Source: Octopus vulgaris
Lineage: Eukaryota
NCBI GenBank assembly: GCA_951406725.2
Contig: OX597825.1
Span: 19,468,001-19,532,000, forward strand
Direction: 5' to 3'
DNA length: 64,000 nucleotides
Shown here: piece by piece, positions 12,515 to 25,499 of the stretch
How positions within the stretch are numbered: position 1 is the first letter of the stretch
How the letters are laid out: each line of letters starts with the position of its first letter
Translations under genes and position numbers: made by a program
Notes under the pieces: generated by a model
What the model was told of the DNA's origin: nothing
The model's database searches: none
The model's input: the letters and a program-made list of their open reading frames with translations, nothing else

Positions 12515-13089
12515 CTTCATGCATATCATTAATTTATATTTCCATAAACCCTGCTTCTGAATCAGCAATATGTAGAAATTTTCATTTCGACACTACACGG
12601 TTTTAATAAGTAATAAATCGTACGAATATAGTCAATAATAAAATGAAAGTATTTATTGCAGTAACGAATGCAAGATGAATAAAAAAAAGAAAAATAACGA
12701 GAAAGAGAAACCGATATAATATCTGAAATATGGCGTAGTAATTAAATGTTGATTTACTGTAAGGCAAGGAAAATGTATCATGCAATTTTCTAGATTAACA
12801 TTGACACACACAATGAATCGGTGCAAATTTATGTAGGCGTTCAATATACGGTATATTCAGTAAACAAATATTGTTTATGCTTTTAGCCTGCGGAACGCTA
12901 GAGACCTATGATTTTTACCTACGTACACACACGCACACACGCACACACACATACACACATACACACATACATAGACAAACACGCATGCTTTTACCTACAT
13001 GTTTTTATATTTCTATCAAAAAAAAAAATTGTCTATGTAGCAATGTATGAGTGTTCATGTGTATGAATACATAGATGCCTGCATAATTA

Positions 13090-13199
13090 CGTATGCATAT
13101 ATGTATATATATATATATATGTATATATATGTACGCACGTGTGTATATGTATATATGCACGGGTATATATGTATATGTACATAGATATAAAAATGCATG

Positions 13200-13231
<32 letters not shown>

Positions 13232-13261
13232 CGTGAATATGTAATATATACATACATGAAC

Positions 13262-13338
<77 letters not shown>

Positions 13339-13495
13339 TATAAGTATATCAGTTTGCCGAACGGTATATGATAAGTGTGAAAATCTAATGGATGCATCGG
13401 TATTTACTTATTCATATGACCATATGATGCATCTAATGCATACACATACCTATAAGCATATATGCACATATATATATAAATATTTATATATATAC

Positions 13496-13558
<63 letters not shown>

Positions 13559-13625
13559 CATGTATATATATATATATATGTATGTATATATATATACGTA
13601 CAAATCCATATATATATATATAAAT
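13090..13625. repeat. (TA)n-rich microsatellite cluster
   Basis: Read directly. Confidence 0.95.
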
Positions 13626-14290
13626 TAATGCGTATGGGTGTGTGAATTGAATTTGTGTATGTGTGTGTTTGAACATGTGTAATTATAAGTATGTGTGTAC
13701 ATAAATTGCCAGAATTAGTCTGAGGACAGCGATTTATCTACGTGAAAACTTATTGGTTACAGTGGCACTTACCTATTCCAGGGAGAATGTCACACATCTA
13801 CGAAACTTCCGATTAAGCTATATACGCTTATGCATGAAGGCATACCACGACGCACCAATTACATGAAGAGAACAAACGAACACATCTATAAGCCTTTTCA
13901 TGAAAATAAACTAATGCAGTAAGCATTCAGAGTGAGAAAAAATTCCTACACATGTCGTTACAAAGAAAATCTATAGTGCTTAATTGGAAGATTCCGTTAT
14001 CTGTGTCAACATTGAAACCATTAAAAGCGATCCTAAGCTTTAAAAATCAATCACTATAAAAACTGGTTAGCTCAAACCGCATATACGTGGCTGCGTTTAA
14101 ATTATAGTATTACCTGATTGTGCACTGCTATACTTTCAACTATAATTTGCTTTCATCCTTCCAGATATATACAATCATACCAGCCCGGTATTGGGGTCAA
14201 TATAACCCGACAGTTCGATAATAGGCGCACACTTTATTTGCGTCTATATATGAGCGTGAATATATGCATGTGTGAAAGCATGTCTATATA

Positions 14291-15397
14291 TACGTGGTCT
14301 GATCAATAAGTATCCAGACTTTTGCTATAGTAACGAAGTTAAAGCATGCAGAGTGAAGGTTGTTTGTTCCTTCTCGAGCCATGCCTGGCTCATTAGGGCC
14401 GGTTTTCCGGTTTCCTAGGCGTATAGGTTCCCCACCTGGACGGGATGCCGGTCCGTCGCAGGTGAGCTGCAAGATGCACGAGGAAAGAGTGAGAGAATGT
14501 TGTGGTGAAAGAGTCAACAGAAGTTCGCCATTTCCTTCTGTCGGAGCCGCGTGGAGCTTAGGTGTTTCGCTCATAAACATACACATATCGCCCGACCTGA
14601 GATTCGAACCAGCGATCCCTCGACCGCGAGTCCACTGCTCTAACCACTAGGCAATTTTCCTCCACAAGAGTGAAGATGGTTTGCACAGATTGACTCTGAA
14701 CTCTGCAGTGCATGCGCACTAAGTCTCAATGCACTATCTCACTTCTGTGTTTACAGCAGTGTTTGGATGAAATGGGTGTAGCGTGTGATGACAGGAAAGT
14801 TGAGAAGAGAATCTGTATCAAATTTTGCCAAAAGCTTGGCAATACCTGCTCAGTGGATTAAGCAAAATTTGTAAAATGTTTTCATCGTTCTCGACACAAT
14901 CAAAGCGATCTTGTGCAACTGAAACCCGACTGTTCTTTCAATTAGCTGAAAGTAGTTTTTGCACAAATTTGGCAGACACGCGTCTCATACCCAAACCTTC
15001 TGTAATAATGGACTGGATCGTAACTAATCCGCACGCACATCCTCTGATAACTCACGGATTCAACGGTTTCTCCTCACAGCTGCACGCACACCTGTGATGT
15101 TGTCCTCAGTTCTGCTAGTTGCGGCTCTCCCAGAAGGTTCGTCAATATCGAACTCCTCTCCATGCACGTTATGCAAATTTGCGTAGGCCTCTCAGCAGGT
15201 ATCACCATGACAACTTTCTCTGTCATGGTGAATGCGACGACCACACGCTACACACCTTCCTTCCAAGCACTGCTGTACACAGCGGAAGGGATCTAGAAAG
15301 CTAAAACTTGGTGTACATGCACAACAAAGTTCAAGGTCAATCTGTGCCGAGCGGTTTCACTCTGCATTCTTTACCCTCGTTGCAATGGCAACAGTCC
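14291..15397. mobile_element. Mariner-derived fold-back element: two inverted copies of the 5' part of one mariner
   Basis: Starts TA-CGTGGTCTGATCAATAAGTATCCAGACT (mariner-type TIR). The + arm encodes DRKVEKRICIKFCQKLGNTCS. The - arm encodes SGRAATSRTEDNITGVRAAV..IRELSED..GLGMRRVSAKFVQKLLSAN*KNSRVSVAQD. The non-coding leaders of the two arms align in inverted orientation. Confidence 0.85.
14359..14666 (-). mobile_element. SINE family B variant inserted in the mariner left arm
   Basis: tRNA-like head on the minus strand (CCTAGTGGTTAGAGCAGTGGACTCGCGGTCGAGGGATCGCTGGTTCGAATCTC). TSD AGAGTGAAG at 14350-14358 and 14667-14675. Confidence 0.92.
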
Positions 15398-16250
15398 AAC
15401 AGAAGCTAATAAATAGATTTAACAGGAATAATAACGAGGAAGCAAGTCCAACAGATCAATGAAGCGTTTGTTGTCTTTCGTGATTGTTCTTCAAATTCAA
15501 GTAACGATCTCATCTTTATTAGGGTGTCTTCCAAGTACAAACTGAGGCATTATTCCGAATCTATAATATAATTCGAAGCAGTGATTATCCCAGAAATCTA
15601 CATGCTAATGTAATAGAATGCACTTTTCATATTTTCTTAGATCTCCTTTTTGTTTTGTGTTTTGCATTTTATAAATTTGCAAAACTTCGTCATACGGATT
15701 TTTTTTTATATATAAGTAAATGCTCCCGGGAATTTGACACTTAAGCCGTTGTTTATATATTATCATGATACTCCACGGAAGATTTTTTTCATATGTTGTA
15801 GTATTATTGGAAATATAAGTGAAAATCTTCATTGACCCAGGATTTATTAAACTGAACATTTGAACAATTCTGGCCTCTTAAGAAACATTACTAGGAGAAA
15901 AGTATTTCCAAGTGCGATAAACTTTAGCATTAAGAAAACTTTGCTGTTCATACTTCAAATATTATTCATACTAAAAGTACATACGTCTTCAAACTGTTTT
16001 CATTTCAGCAAAGCAACTCTAATATAAGATTTACATTTTCAAGGCAAGTTATATTAGGAAAACTTTAAGTCAGCTGGTTTCCGCAAAAAAATGATAAATA
16101 TTAATTTTATGAAAAATATTTGTTAAAGTCAACAAACATTACTATGCTAGGAAAGATATTAACTTTCTCTCTGGAATTAGGGCGTAATTGAGTTAAAATA
16201 CAATTCAGAAAGATCATCGGATAGTATCGTTTTTCATCAGCACTACTCTT

Positions 16251-16584
16251 GAAGGCGCATGGCTCAGTGGTTAGAGCGTCGAGCTTACGATCGTGAGGTT
16301 GTGAGTTCGAATCCCAGACCGGGCTGCGTGTTGTGTTCTTGAGCAAGACAGTTTATTTCACGTTGCTCCAGTTCACTTATTTATAGAAATGAGTTGCGAC
16401 GTCACAGGTGCCAAGCTATATCTGCTTTTGCCTTTCCCTTGGATAACACTGGTGGCGTGGAGAGGGGAGGCCGGTATACATGGGCGACTGCTGGTCTTCC
16501 ATAAATAATCTTGCCCGCACTTGTGCCTTGGAGGGTAACTTTCTAAGTGCAATCCCACGGTCAGTCATGACCGAAGGGGGTCTC
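16251..16584 (+). mobile_element. SINE family C (tRNA-like head, CORE-like body, distinct tail)
   Basis: GGCGCATGGCTCAGTGGTTAGAGCG (A box), GAGTTCGAATCCC (B box), GTGTTCTTGAGCAAGACA..TTTCACGTTGCTCCAG; tail ends CATGACCGAAGGGGGTCTC. Confidence 0.85.
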
Positions 16585-17637
16585 AACTCTTGCAAAATAT
16601 TCGACAAACACTAGATGTGAATATGTTATAGCAGTGTAATTCGGTAATAATTGAGTGTAGACAGCGTAACTTTCACCTATAATAATCTTAAGGAGTTAAC
16701 AGAACTGAAAACAGCCACAAGCAGTTTTAACAGTTTTAACGGGGAATAAGTTTTGAATGAAGTTAAATGATTTCAAACAAAGGACTTGTACTTTTATAGG
16801 GAAGAATTAAAGCTTCCAGAGAAACATAAAACTATCAACACTTGATGCATTTTTATTAATATAAAAACACAACAGAAATATTAGTGCCATATTTCTGTTG
16901 TGTGGACAAAAGGCGTATATTTTTTAAAAAAATCAATTATATATAATATTGCTCAAAGGAATTTTTTCTTATAATATTCATATAATAAGGAACAATGTAA
17001 ACCTCCAAGTGTATTTTTAATTAAGTGTATATATCTTTCAATAATAGACAGAAAATCTCTACAAAGAAAATAAACTTAACCTTCTTACGATAAAAATATG
17101 TTTTCGTTAGCGTAACAAAAAATCTCCAACAATAAATTTCAATAATCGACTTATTAATATATATGTTTGTATACGTGTTTGTACGAATGTGCGTACATGT
17201 GCTGTGTGTCGTGTATGTATACGTGCGTATACTCACCATCGCTAAAACATAAACGTATGTAAAATTATATGTTAATGTTGATGTATTTGATAGAGTATAT
17301 GAACTTAATGTAATCTCACTGATGAAAGTTTTTTATCGGAGAGACGTGCTCGGAATTCACATCAATCAATGATTTACGCAATGGAAAAGCATTCCAATAA
17401 TTAAGCTTACATGATTTTATCTCTAAAATATGTATCCTTTTTCTCAAGCAAAATGTCAAACTAGCAGTCTCAATTGCACAGCGTTCCCACATTAATATTA
17501 TATTCATTTCCAACGATACTGGCAACGGATGGAAGTGCAGTGGAATGTACAATACGCATAACAACAGGCTTTGCATTTCCCTTATTTAAGCTCAAGTCTC
17601 ACTGTCATAAAGTTACCAGCAATATATAACTCCTCAG

Positions 17638-18222
17638 AGGCACTGAGCTGGTAGAAACGCTAGCACGACGGGCGGAATGATCAGCGGTACTTCGTATGCC
17701 GTTACTTTCTGAGTTCAAATTCCGCCGAGTTCGACTTTGCCTTTCCCCCTTTCGGCGTCGATAAATTAAGTACCAGTTACGCACTGGGTTCGATGTAATC
17801 GACTTAATCCGTTTGTCTGTTCTTGTTTGTCCTCTCTGTGTTTAGCCCCTTGTGGGTAGTAAAGAAATAGGTATTTCGTCTGTCGTTACATTCTGTGTTC
17901 AAATTCTGTTCAGGTCGACTTTGCCTTTTATCCTTTCGGAGTCGATTAAATAAGTACCAGTTACGCACTGGGATCGATATAATCGACTTAATCCGTTTGT
18001 TTGTCCTTGTTTGTCCTCTCTGTGTTTAGCCCCTTGTGAGTAGCAAAGAAATAGGTATTTCGTGTGTCTTTACGTTCTGAGTTCAAATTCCGCCGAGGTC
18101 AACGTTGCTTTTCATCCTTTCAGGGTCGATAAATCAGGTACCAGTTGCGTACTGGCGTCGATCTAATTGACTGGCCCTCTTCCCCAAAATTTCAGGCTTT
18201 GTGCCTAGAGTAGAAACGAATA
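17638..18222 (+). mobile_element. SINE family A tandem trimer
   Basis: Three cores. Junctions AAAGAAATAGGTATTTCGT at ~17861-17879 and ~18046-18063. The last unit has the type-2 tail. Confidence 0.92.
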
Positions 18223-19609
18223 CATTACAACTTATGTTTGATTGGAAGTCAACCATTATCGAGCAGGTTTATGTTCAGAAATATACCATCCTTTATAACC
18301 CGATCCCTTTTCTAGCATTTTGTTAGACATAAATCCAATTTACATGATATTAAAGTATAATTTTATGAAGGATATGCATTGTTGTTTCGTTGTCTTAACT
18401 TGTGTTGCCATTACTGTTGTCGTTTAGTCAATGATCAGTCTGATATCAAGTTTTTCAGCTGTGTGCCATGAAACGCGAGAAGCTTTTTTTTTTTCGCTGT
18501 GCTTCCTCGGGATCATGACATACAGGAAGATAGCAATCAAAAATTGATTCTGCCGAGAACAAAGATTTACTGTGACCTGTAGAGGGCATATCCGCTTACT
18601 CCAAAGACACCAGGTTACATATTTCGGTACAGATGCAGACAATTGCAATTTCCAGCATGTCGGCAATGGAGAATTACAACTAGTTAAAATTTACATAATT
18701 AAGCTCGTAACATTTTTATTATTAGTTTCCAGAAAATTAGGAATGTAATATTCATTATCTATATACAAAAGTATATCAGTGTAGAATTTTTGAACAAAAA
18801 CAATCTCGTGAAAATTTGAAATAATTTAAGTGGTTGGAATATTTTTTTGAAAAAATCCAGTTCAGGCAATTGCTTTGCAAATGGTTGCTAAATTAAATGG
18901 TAACATTTTAGCAATAGTTCAAGAGAAAAATATAATTTAGCAAAGTAAACAGCAAGAATATTGGAAAATAAATAATGAAAATAGTTATAAATATTCTCTC
19001 AATTATACGTTTCGCTAGGGCATCCCCTCAGAAGCTTTTGTAATACACCGCCACACACATTCTAAACTCACACACATACACACACACACGCGCACACACA
19101 CATGACAACACGGTAACTACGTAGCTTAAGTCCGGCGAGTATTGCACCCTTCCAAGCATCATCCGAGAAGTCAGCGAGGTGGAGCTGATGAAGTCAAAAC
19201 AGCCCTGTTGATGCCAACAACTTCTCAAAAGCCATAAGTTTGACAATGTAATTTACCGGGAGACGACAGCGAAACATAGCGCAATTATCTACAATACACT
19301 AACCAAAATACCTAAGCAAAATATCAGTGAGCCGCTGTGAAGTGTGGCTGACACGAGGAATAGATGCTGAGAGAGAGAGAGGTAATGGGAAAGATAGACA
19401 GAAAAATAGATACACAGATCGAGACCGAGACAGAGAGATAGACAAATGAACAGAGAGATACAGACAGAGAAAGACAGAGTTGATATGAAGGAAGATTGTT
19501 GTGCCTGGATGGAAGTATTTTAATATAGAGGTAGAATAGTAGATATAGTGAAACGAGAGACCTTACGATGATGGAGGAACGATGTGCTTAATAGCCCTCC
19601 AATACTTCA

Positions 19610-21385
19610 GCCACAGACACCTCTCATCAGAAATTGTTTACTTTTGATGATAGATCTTTGTTTCGGTCATGTTGGATATGCTACGGATAGTAACGTAGAG
19701 GCGCCCGTGAAAGTGAATTTGACAAAAATGAGTGATCAGCGATCATATGACCGTTCCCAAACGGTTCCGAAAGTGATTAGTGAGGACGTATTAGGGACAT
19801 TGGTGTATAAGCTAGCGATTGGTCGGTAAACGTTGTGGTGGAAATAACAACCTATACTGAAGCTAGCGACGGTTGTAGAAGACGTAGTTATAGACGGTGA
19901 CAACAGCCATGGAACACGCAATAACAGCCATGATAGCGTTGTTAGCAGTCATAGCAGCAATGAATTCGAATACGACAAGTTAGGCCATCAGCCGAACTCT
20001 GATCGATTATTGATCTTCGAGATCGAGTCGGTGGACGATTAAAGACACTTTGATCCGAAGATTTCAAACATTTTCTCTCAGTATGGAATCGTCTATGTCG
20101 TTGAAGGTCTGGCGCATTTTAGGGGATTCTTTTAGGAAGAAAGATGTGTGTGAATGTGCGTGCGTGCTTGTGTTTGTGCGTGCATGAGTGTGTGTATATG
20201 TGTGTGTGCGTGTGTCTGTGTGTGTGTGTGTGCGTGTATTGTGAGGTGTTCCTTCAGTGAGATATGTAACGGCTTGCATCCGACGTTGTAAACGCTGCAT
20301 TTAAAACATTGTAGCTGGTAGTAGTGACACTGATAGACGGTTCACTCGAATCACGCATTTACTAAATATCCCCGGCATCCGAAACTATAAACGGTGACAA
20401 GATACATAAATGAAGTAGGAATAGTTCATCTAACATCTGTTTCTTGACGATATCTCATTTCAAGGAGAATACTACTGCTGCAATCCGTATGGCATTCCAA
20501 AAGGTATGCCTCATGACGTTAACTAGCTCTGGTGTTCCAATTTCAGCGATTACTACACCTGAAGAACACTCCATTTACTACACATCCATTTGAAGGAACA
20601 CTTGTCGACATAAGTGTTTTCTTTCTGCAAACACATTCTGAAGTGCGGAAACACCACACCAACGACATAGAAGCTGCCCTACTGGCCACAGAAAGATATG
20701 TTGATTATTCACCGACTTACTCCAAAAATCAAGAATTGATACGAGCATAAACCTATGGCTAATATAAGCTCTTCACCCTCGTGGAATTTATGGCGACTAC
20801 GATTAATTGCCCCCCACTAGAACTACTGCTATCGCCGGTCCCATTAACTTTGTCACCGTCTGCTACTACGTCTGCCACCACTGCCACTAGCGTGAACACA
20901 AGCAGTTACCTATTTCTTTACTGCCCACAAGGGGCTAAACACAGAGAGGACAAACAAGGACAGACAAACGGATTAAGTCGATTATATCGACCCCAGTACG
21001 TAACTGGTACTTAATTTATCTACCCCGAAAGGATGAAAGGCGAAGTCGACCTCAGAGGAATTTGAACTCAGAACGTAACGGCAGACGAAATACGGCTACG
21101 CATTTCGCCCGGCGTGCTAACGGTTCTGCCAGCTCAAGCAGTTACCGCCAGCAAGACTACAAGCAACAAACAGTTACCTACATACCGCCGCCAGCAGTAT
21201 AACTCTGCGAACATGTCAGAACCGTCTTGGAACATTTGGTGTTACTATGATTGGTGATAACACTTTGAAGACACTACTTCATTCACTGGCACCGAGGTAT
21301 CGCTGCCCGCAACATATCCAACATGGCCGATACCCGAATAAACTGACGTTAATTCGCAGATTATTTCTGATGGTGGGGTTTTGCA
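19610..21385. repeat. Ancient diverged inverted duplication (arms ~19610-20145 and ~20615-21385)
   Basis: Collinear inverted matches: CATCAGAAAT, TCGG(T/C)CATGTTGGATATG, TTGTCACCGTCT..ACTACGTCT, CACCGACT..ATCAA.AAT.GAT and CAACGACATAGA. Confidence 0.75.
20911..21134 (-). mobile_element. SINE family A with TSD
   Basis: Core and tail 1 on the minus strand; TSD CAAGCAGTTACC at 20899-20910 and 21135-21146. Confidence 0.92.
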
Positions 21386-21459
21386 CCTGAAATGTATATA
21401 AAATTCATTAAATGTATCCATTTTCAAAATTCTAAGATCTTCGTGTCAATATTTTTGAT

Positions 21460-21512
<53 letters not shown>

Positions 21513-21636
21513 TTACTCAGCCCTTAATTATATAAAGTAATATTTTGAATACGCCTTGAATGGTCCTTTTACATACTGAACACTACTTGGTGAAATTAAT
21601 TAATAACTAATTGATTTTACCCTTAATTATTGCAAA

Positions 21637-21840
<204 letters not shown>

Positions 21841-22122
21841 ATATAGATAGATAGATAGATATTTAGACTCACATACACACACAACACATAAGCGCACACT
21901 CATTTCTTGAGAGAGAGAGATTGTGTTTAGAGGGAAAGAAGAAAAGAAGCGACCAACGAGAGAAAGACCAGCGACGTAGCAGTTTGAGAACGGAATGTAT
22001 TATTCCTTCGTATCAATGTCATGTTTAATGAACATTTATAGTTCGAGATTTCATTTATTATTTATTTCCTTTTGCCTCTTACTCACTTATTCCTCCTCTA
22101 TTCATCCTACACATATCCTCTG

Positions 22123-22211
22123 TAATAATGATGATAATAATAATAATAATAATAATAATGATAATAATAATAATAATGATAATAATAATAATAGTAACAA
22201 TAATAATAATG

Positions 22212-22259
<48 letters not shown>

Positions 22260-22433
22260 GTACTAATAATATTAATAATAATAATGATAATAATAATAAT
22301 AATAATGATAATAATGATAATAATAATGATAATAATAATAATAATAATAATATTAATAATAATGATGATAATAATAATAATGATAATGATAATAATAATA
22401 ATAATGATATTAATAATAATAATGATAATAATA

Positions 22434-22464
<31 letters not shown>

Positions 22465-22466
22465 TG

Positions 22467-22499
<33 letters not shown>

Positions 22500-22547
22500 T
22501 TAATAATAATAATGATAATAATAATAATGATAATGATAATAATAATA

Positions 22548-22578
<31 letters not shown>

Positions 22579-22740
22579 TGATAATAATAATAATAATGAT
22601 GTTGATGATGATGATAATAATAATAATAATAATAATTAATAATAATAATAAGAAGAAGAATGATAATAATGATAGTAATAATAGTAATAATAATAATAAT
22701 AATAATGATAATAATAATAATAATAATAGTAATAAAAATA

Positions 22741-22834
<94 letters not shown>

Positions 22835-22965
22835 TAATAATAATAATGATAATAATGATAATAATAATAATAATAATAATAATGATAATAATAATAATAT
22901 TAATAATAATAATAATGATAATAATAATAATGATAATAATGAGAGTAATGATAATAATAATAATG
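22123..22965. repeat. (AAT)n/(GAT) microsatellite, ~840 bp
   Basis: Read directly; source of the poly-N and poly-I ORFs. Confidence 0.97.
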
Positions 22966-23131
22966 AACAACTTGATCATTCACATCATTATCATTACCAT
23001 CATACTATCAGCATCACTACAACTACTATCAGCACTCTATCATCATCATTGTCGACGTCGTCGTCGTTACCGTCGTCATCATACATGATCATTACAATTA
23101 TCGCCATCTTCTTCATCATCACATTTATCAC

Positions 23132-23785
23132 TTTGTACGGCCACACCTTGAATACTGCTGCCCACTGTGGTCTCCTCACACAAGACAAAACATCTCCAGA
23201 ATTGAGTCACCCCAGAGGGCTCTCACTAAACAAATTGAAGGCATGGCTGCTCTCGATTATTGGGATCGCCTTAAAGCCTTGAAACTTTACTCCCTCCAGC
23301 GTCGCCGTGAGCGGTACATCATTTGTACGATGTGGAAAATATACCGCCAACTTTGCCCAAACGACCTAAACATTAGCTTCAAGGTTCATCCAAGACTTGG
23401 ACCACGGGCTATACGTCCCCTGCCAAATTCAAGATCACAACATACATGTACACTGCAACATAATTTCTTTTCCTCAACAGGCCCTGCCCTATTTAACATT
23501 GTCCCGAGGGAGATCAAAGAGGAAAAGGATCCCATCAACTTCAAACAGAGTCTGGATAGATTCCTTCAAAGAATACCAGATAAGCCACCCATAATTGGAT
23601 ACAACTCACCCAACAAGAACTCACTACTTGAACAAAACTGGATACAACTCACCCAACAAGAACTCACTACTTGAACAAAACTTGACTTAAACATGATTCG
23701 AATAATTCTATCAGGTGGTGCTATTAAGTTAGACATGGCCTGGACCAATCTCTGGTCGAAACATATCTAAGTTTTCTAAGTTTTC
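23132..23785 (+). mobile_element. 5'-truncated CR1-group LINE 3' end (RT C-terminal region + 3' UTR)
   Basis: One open frame: FVRPHLEYCCPLWSPHTRQNISRIESPQRALTKQIEGMAALDYWDRLKALKLYSLQRRRER...FNIVPREIK...FKQSLDRFLQRIPDKP. Ends in short tandem CTAAGTTTT repeats. Confidence 0.9.
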
Positions 23786-23789
23786 ATCC

Positions 23790-24237
23790 CTTTCGTCGTT
23801 CAACGTCATCATCATCTTCAGTATCATCATTCTCTCCAGCATCCTCACCATCACTATTAGCACCTCCTCCATTACCATCATCCAGAACATCTTCCTCATC
23901 ACCATCATCATCATCATTAATATCTACATACTCTCCCTCACATCATCATTATTCTCAACATCATCGTCAACATCACGATCATTATTATAATCGTCATCGT
24001 AATTTCCATCCGTACATCTAACACCACAACCACAACCACCATCAACTCCTCCACCATAATCATCATCATCGTCATCACCATCATTTTCATCATCACTTAC
24101 ATATGTTTCATCAAAATCCCTTACTTCTCCCTCTCATCAACATAATCATCATCATCATCATCTTCATCATCATCTTCATCATCATCATCATCATCATCAA
24201 CATAATCATCATCATCTTCATCATCATCATCATCACC

Positions 24238-24283
<46 letters not shown>

Positions 24284-24357
24284 CCATCATTTTCATCACA
24301 ATCCCTTACTTTTCCCTCTCATCACCACAATCATCATCATCTTCTTCGTCGTTGTCG

Positions 24358-24390
<33 letters not shown>

Positions 24391-24520
24391 CCATCATTTT
24401 CATCATCACACAAATATTTTTCATCACAATCCCTTACTTCTCCCTCTCATCATCATCACCCTCATCATCATCTTCGTCGTCGTTGTCGTCATCATCATCA
24501 TCGTCATGTCTTCTCATAAT
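23790..24520. repeat. Degenerate (ATC)n microsatellite (also 22980-23130)
   Basis: Read directly. Confidence 0.93.
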
Positions 24521-25024
24521 AACGCTGAAAGTACTTAACCCCAGCAGCAGTTTACTGTAACACACTTTCGTTTCAGTGTCGTTTTCCTTAATCATTAGTT
24601 CAGAACTTTGTATCACCTAAAGCCAAATTCATATCATGTGACACAGACCTTTTTCAGACGATTTCAGCTTAACACTGCACTGAAATGAATCCCCTTTACT
24701 TCTAACTACATCTCGATTCTGCTTACTCTATTGTCGTTTCTACCACATACTCATCAGTCCTTACAGATTAAGTATACGATGTAACTCTGCCGAACATTAA
24801 TTGTGGAAATTCAAGACATAGACACTTAATACGTGCTATGCATACAGTAATAAATCAAGCTAATAATATTCTGATAAAACAACAATGCTATTGCAAGCAA
24901 CTGCTGTGCATATTCTTAAGTAGACAATTACGTCTTTAGAACAGCTTGACTCTGACAGCCATTCAGAATCTTCAAATATTCGTCGGAGCAATATCTCCGT
25001 GTGTAAGCATGTTCGTATATGTAG

Positions 25025-25029
25025 ATACA

Positions 25030-25069
<40 letters not shown>

Positions 25070-25079
25070 CACACATATG

Positions 25080-25125
<46 letters not shown>

Positions 25126-25130
25126 TAAAT

Positions 25131-25190
<60 letters not shown>

Positions 25191-25236
25191 CATATATATA
25201 TTTATATTTATATATATATTTATATATATATACATT

Positions 25237-25292
<56 letters not shown>

Positions 25293-25338
25293 CAAGTATG
25301 TATGCATATATGCATGATATATGTATATACATACCTTT

Positions 25339-25374
<36 letters not shown>

Positions 25375-25411
25375 CTATATATATATATATATATGTGTGT
25401 GAGTAGTGTGT

Positions 25412-25443
<32 letters not shown>

Positions 25444-25445
25444 TT
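25025..25445. repeat. Compound (CA)n/(TA)n/(TG)n microsatellite
   Basis: Read directly. Confidence 0.95.
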
Positions 25446-25499
25446 GTGTATACTCACCTTTAACTTGTCAGCCTGCTGCAGTTGTCTGGTTATTCAGTA

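Noticed and set aside
16251-16325. tRNA-like sequences (also 9383, 14590-14660, 30621, 55886)
   Set aside because: A and B boxes are present but acceptor stems are poor, and each runs into a SINE body; these are SINE heads, not tRNA genes.
19003-19036. Hammerhead-like CTGAGGG..GAAACGTA on the minus strand
   Set aside because: The core deviates (no CTGANGA) and stems I and II are not convincing.
21995-23282. Long poly-Asn / poly-Ile ORFs (214 aa, 384 aa)
   Set aside because: Read-through of (AAT)n/(GAT)n and (ATC)n microsatellites; no domain content.
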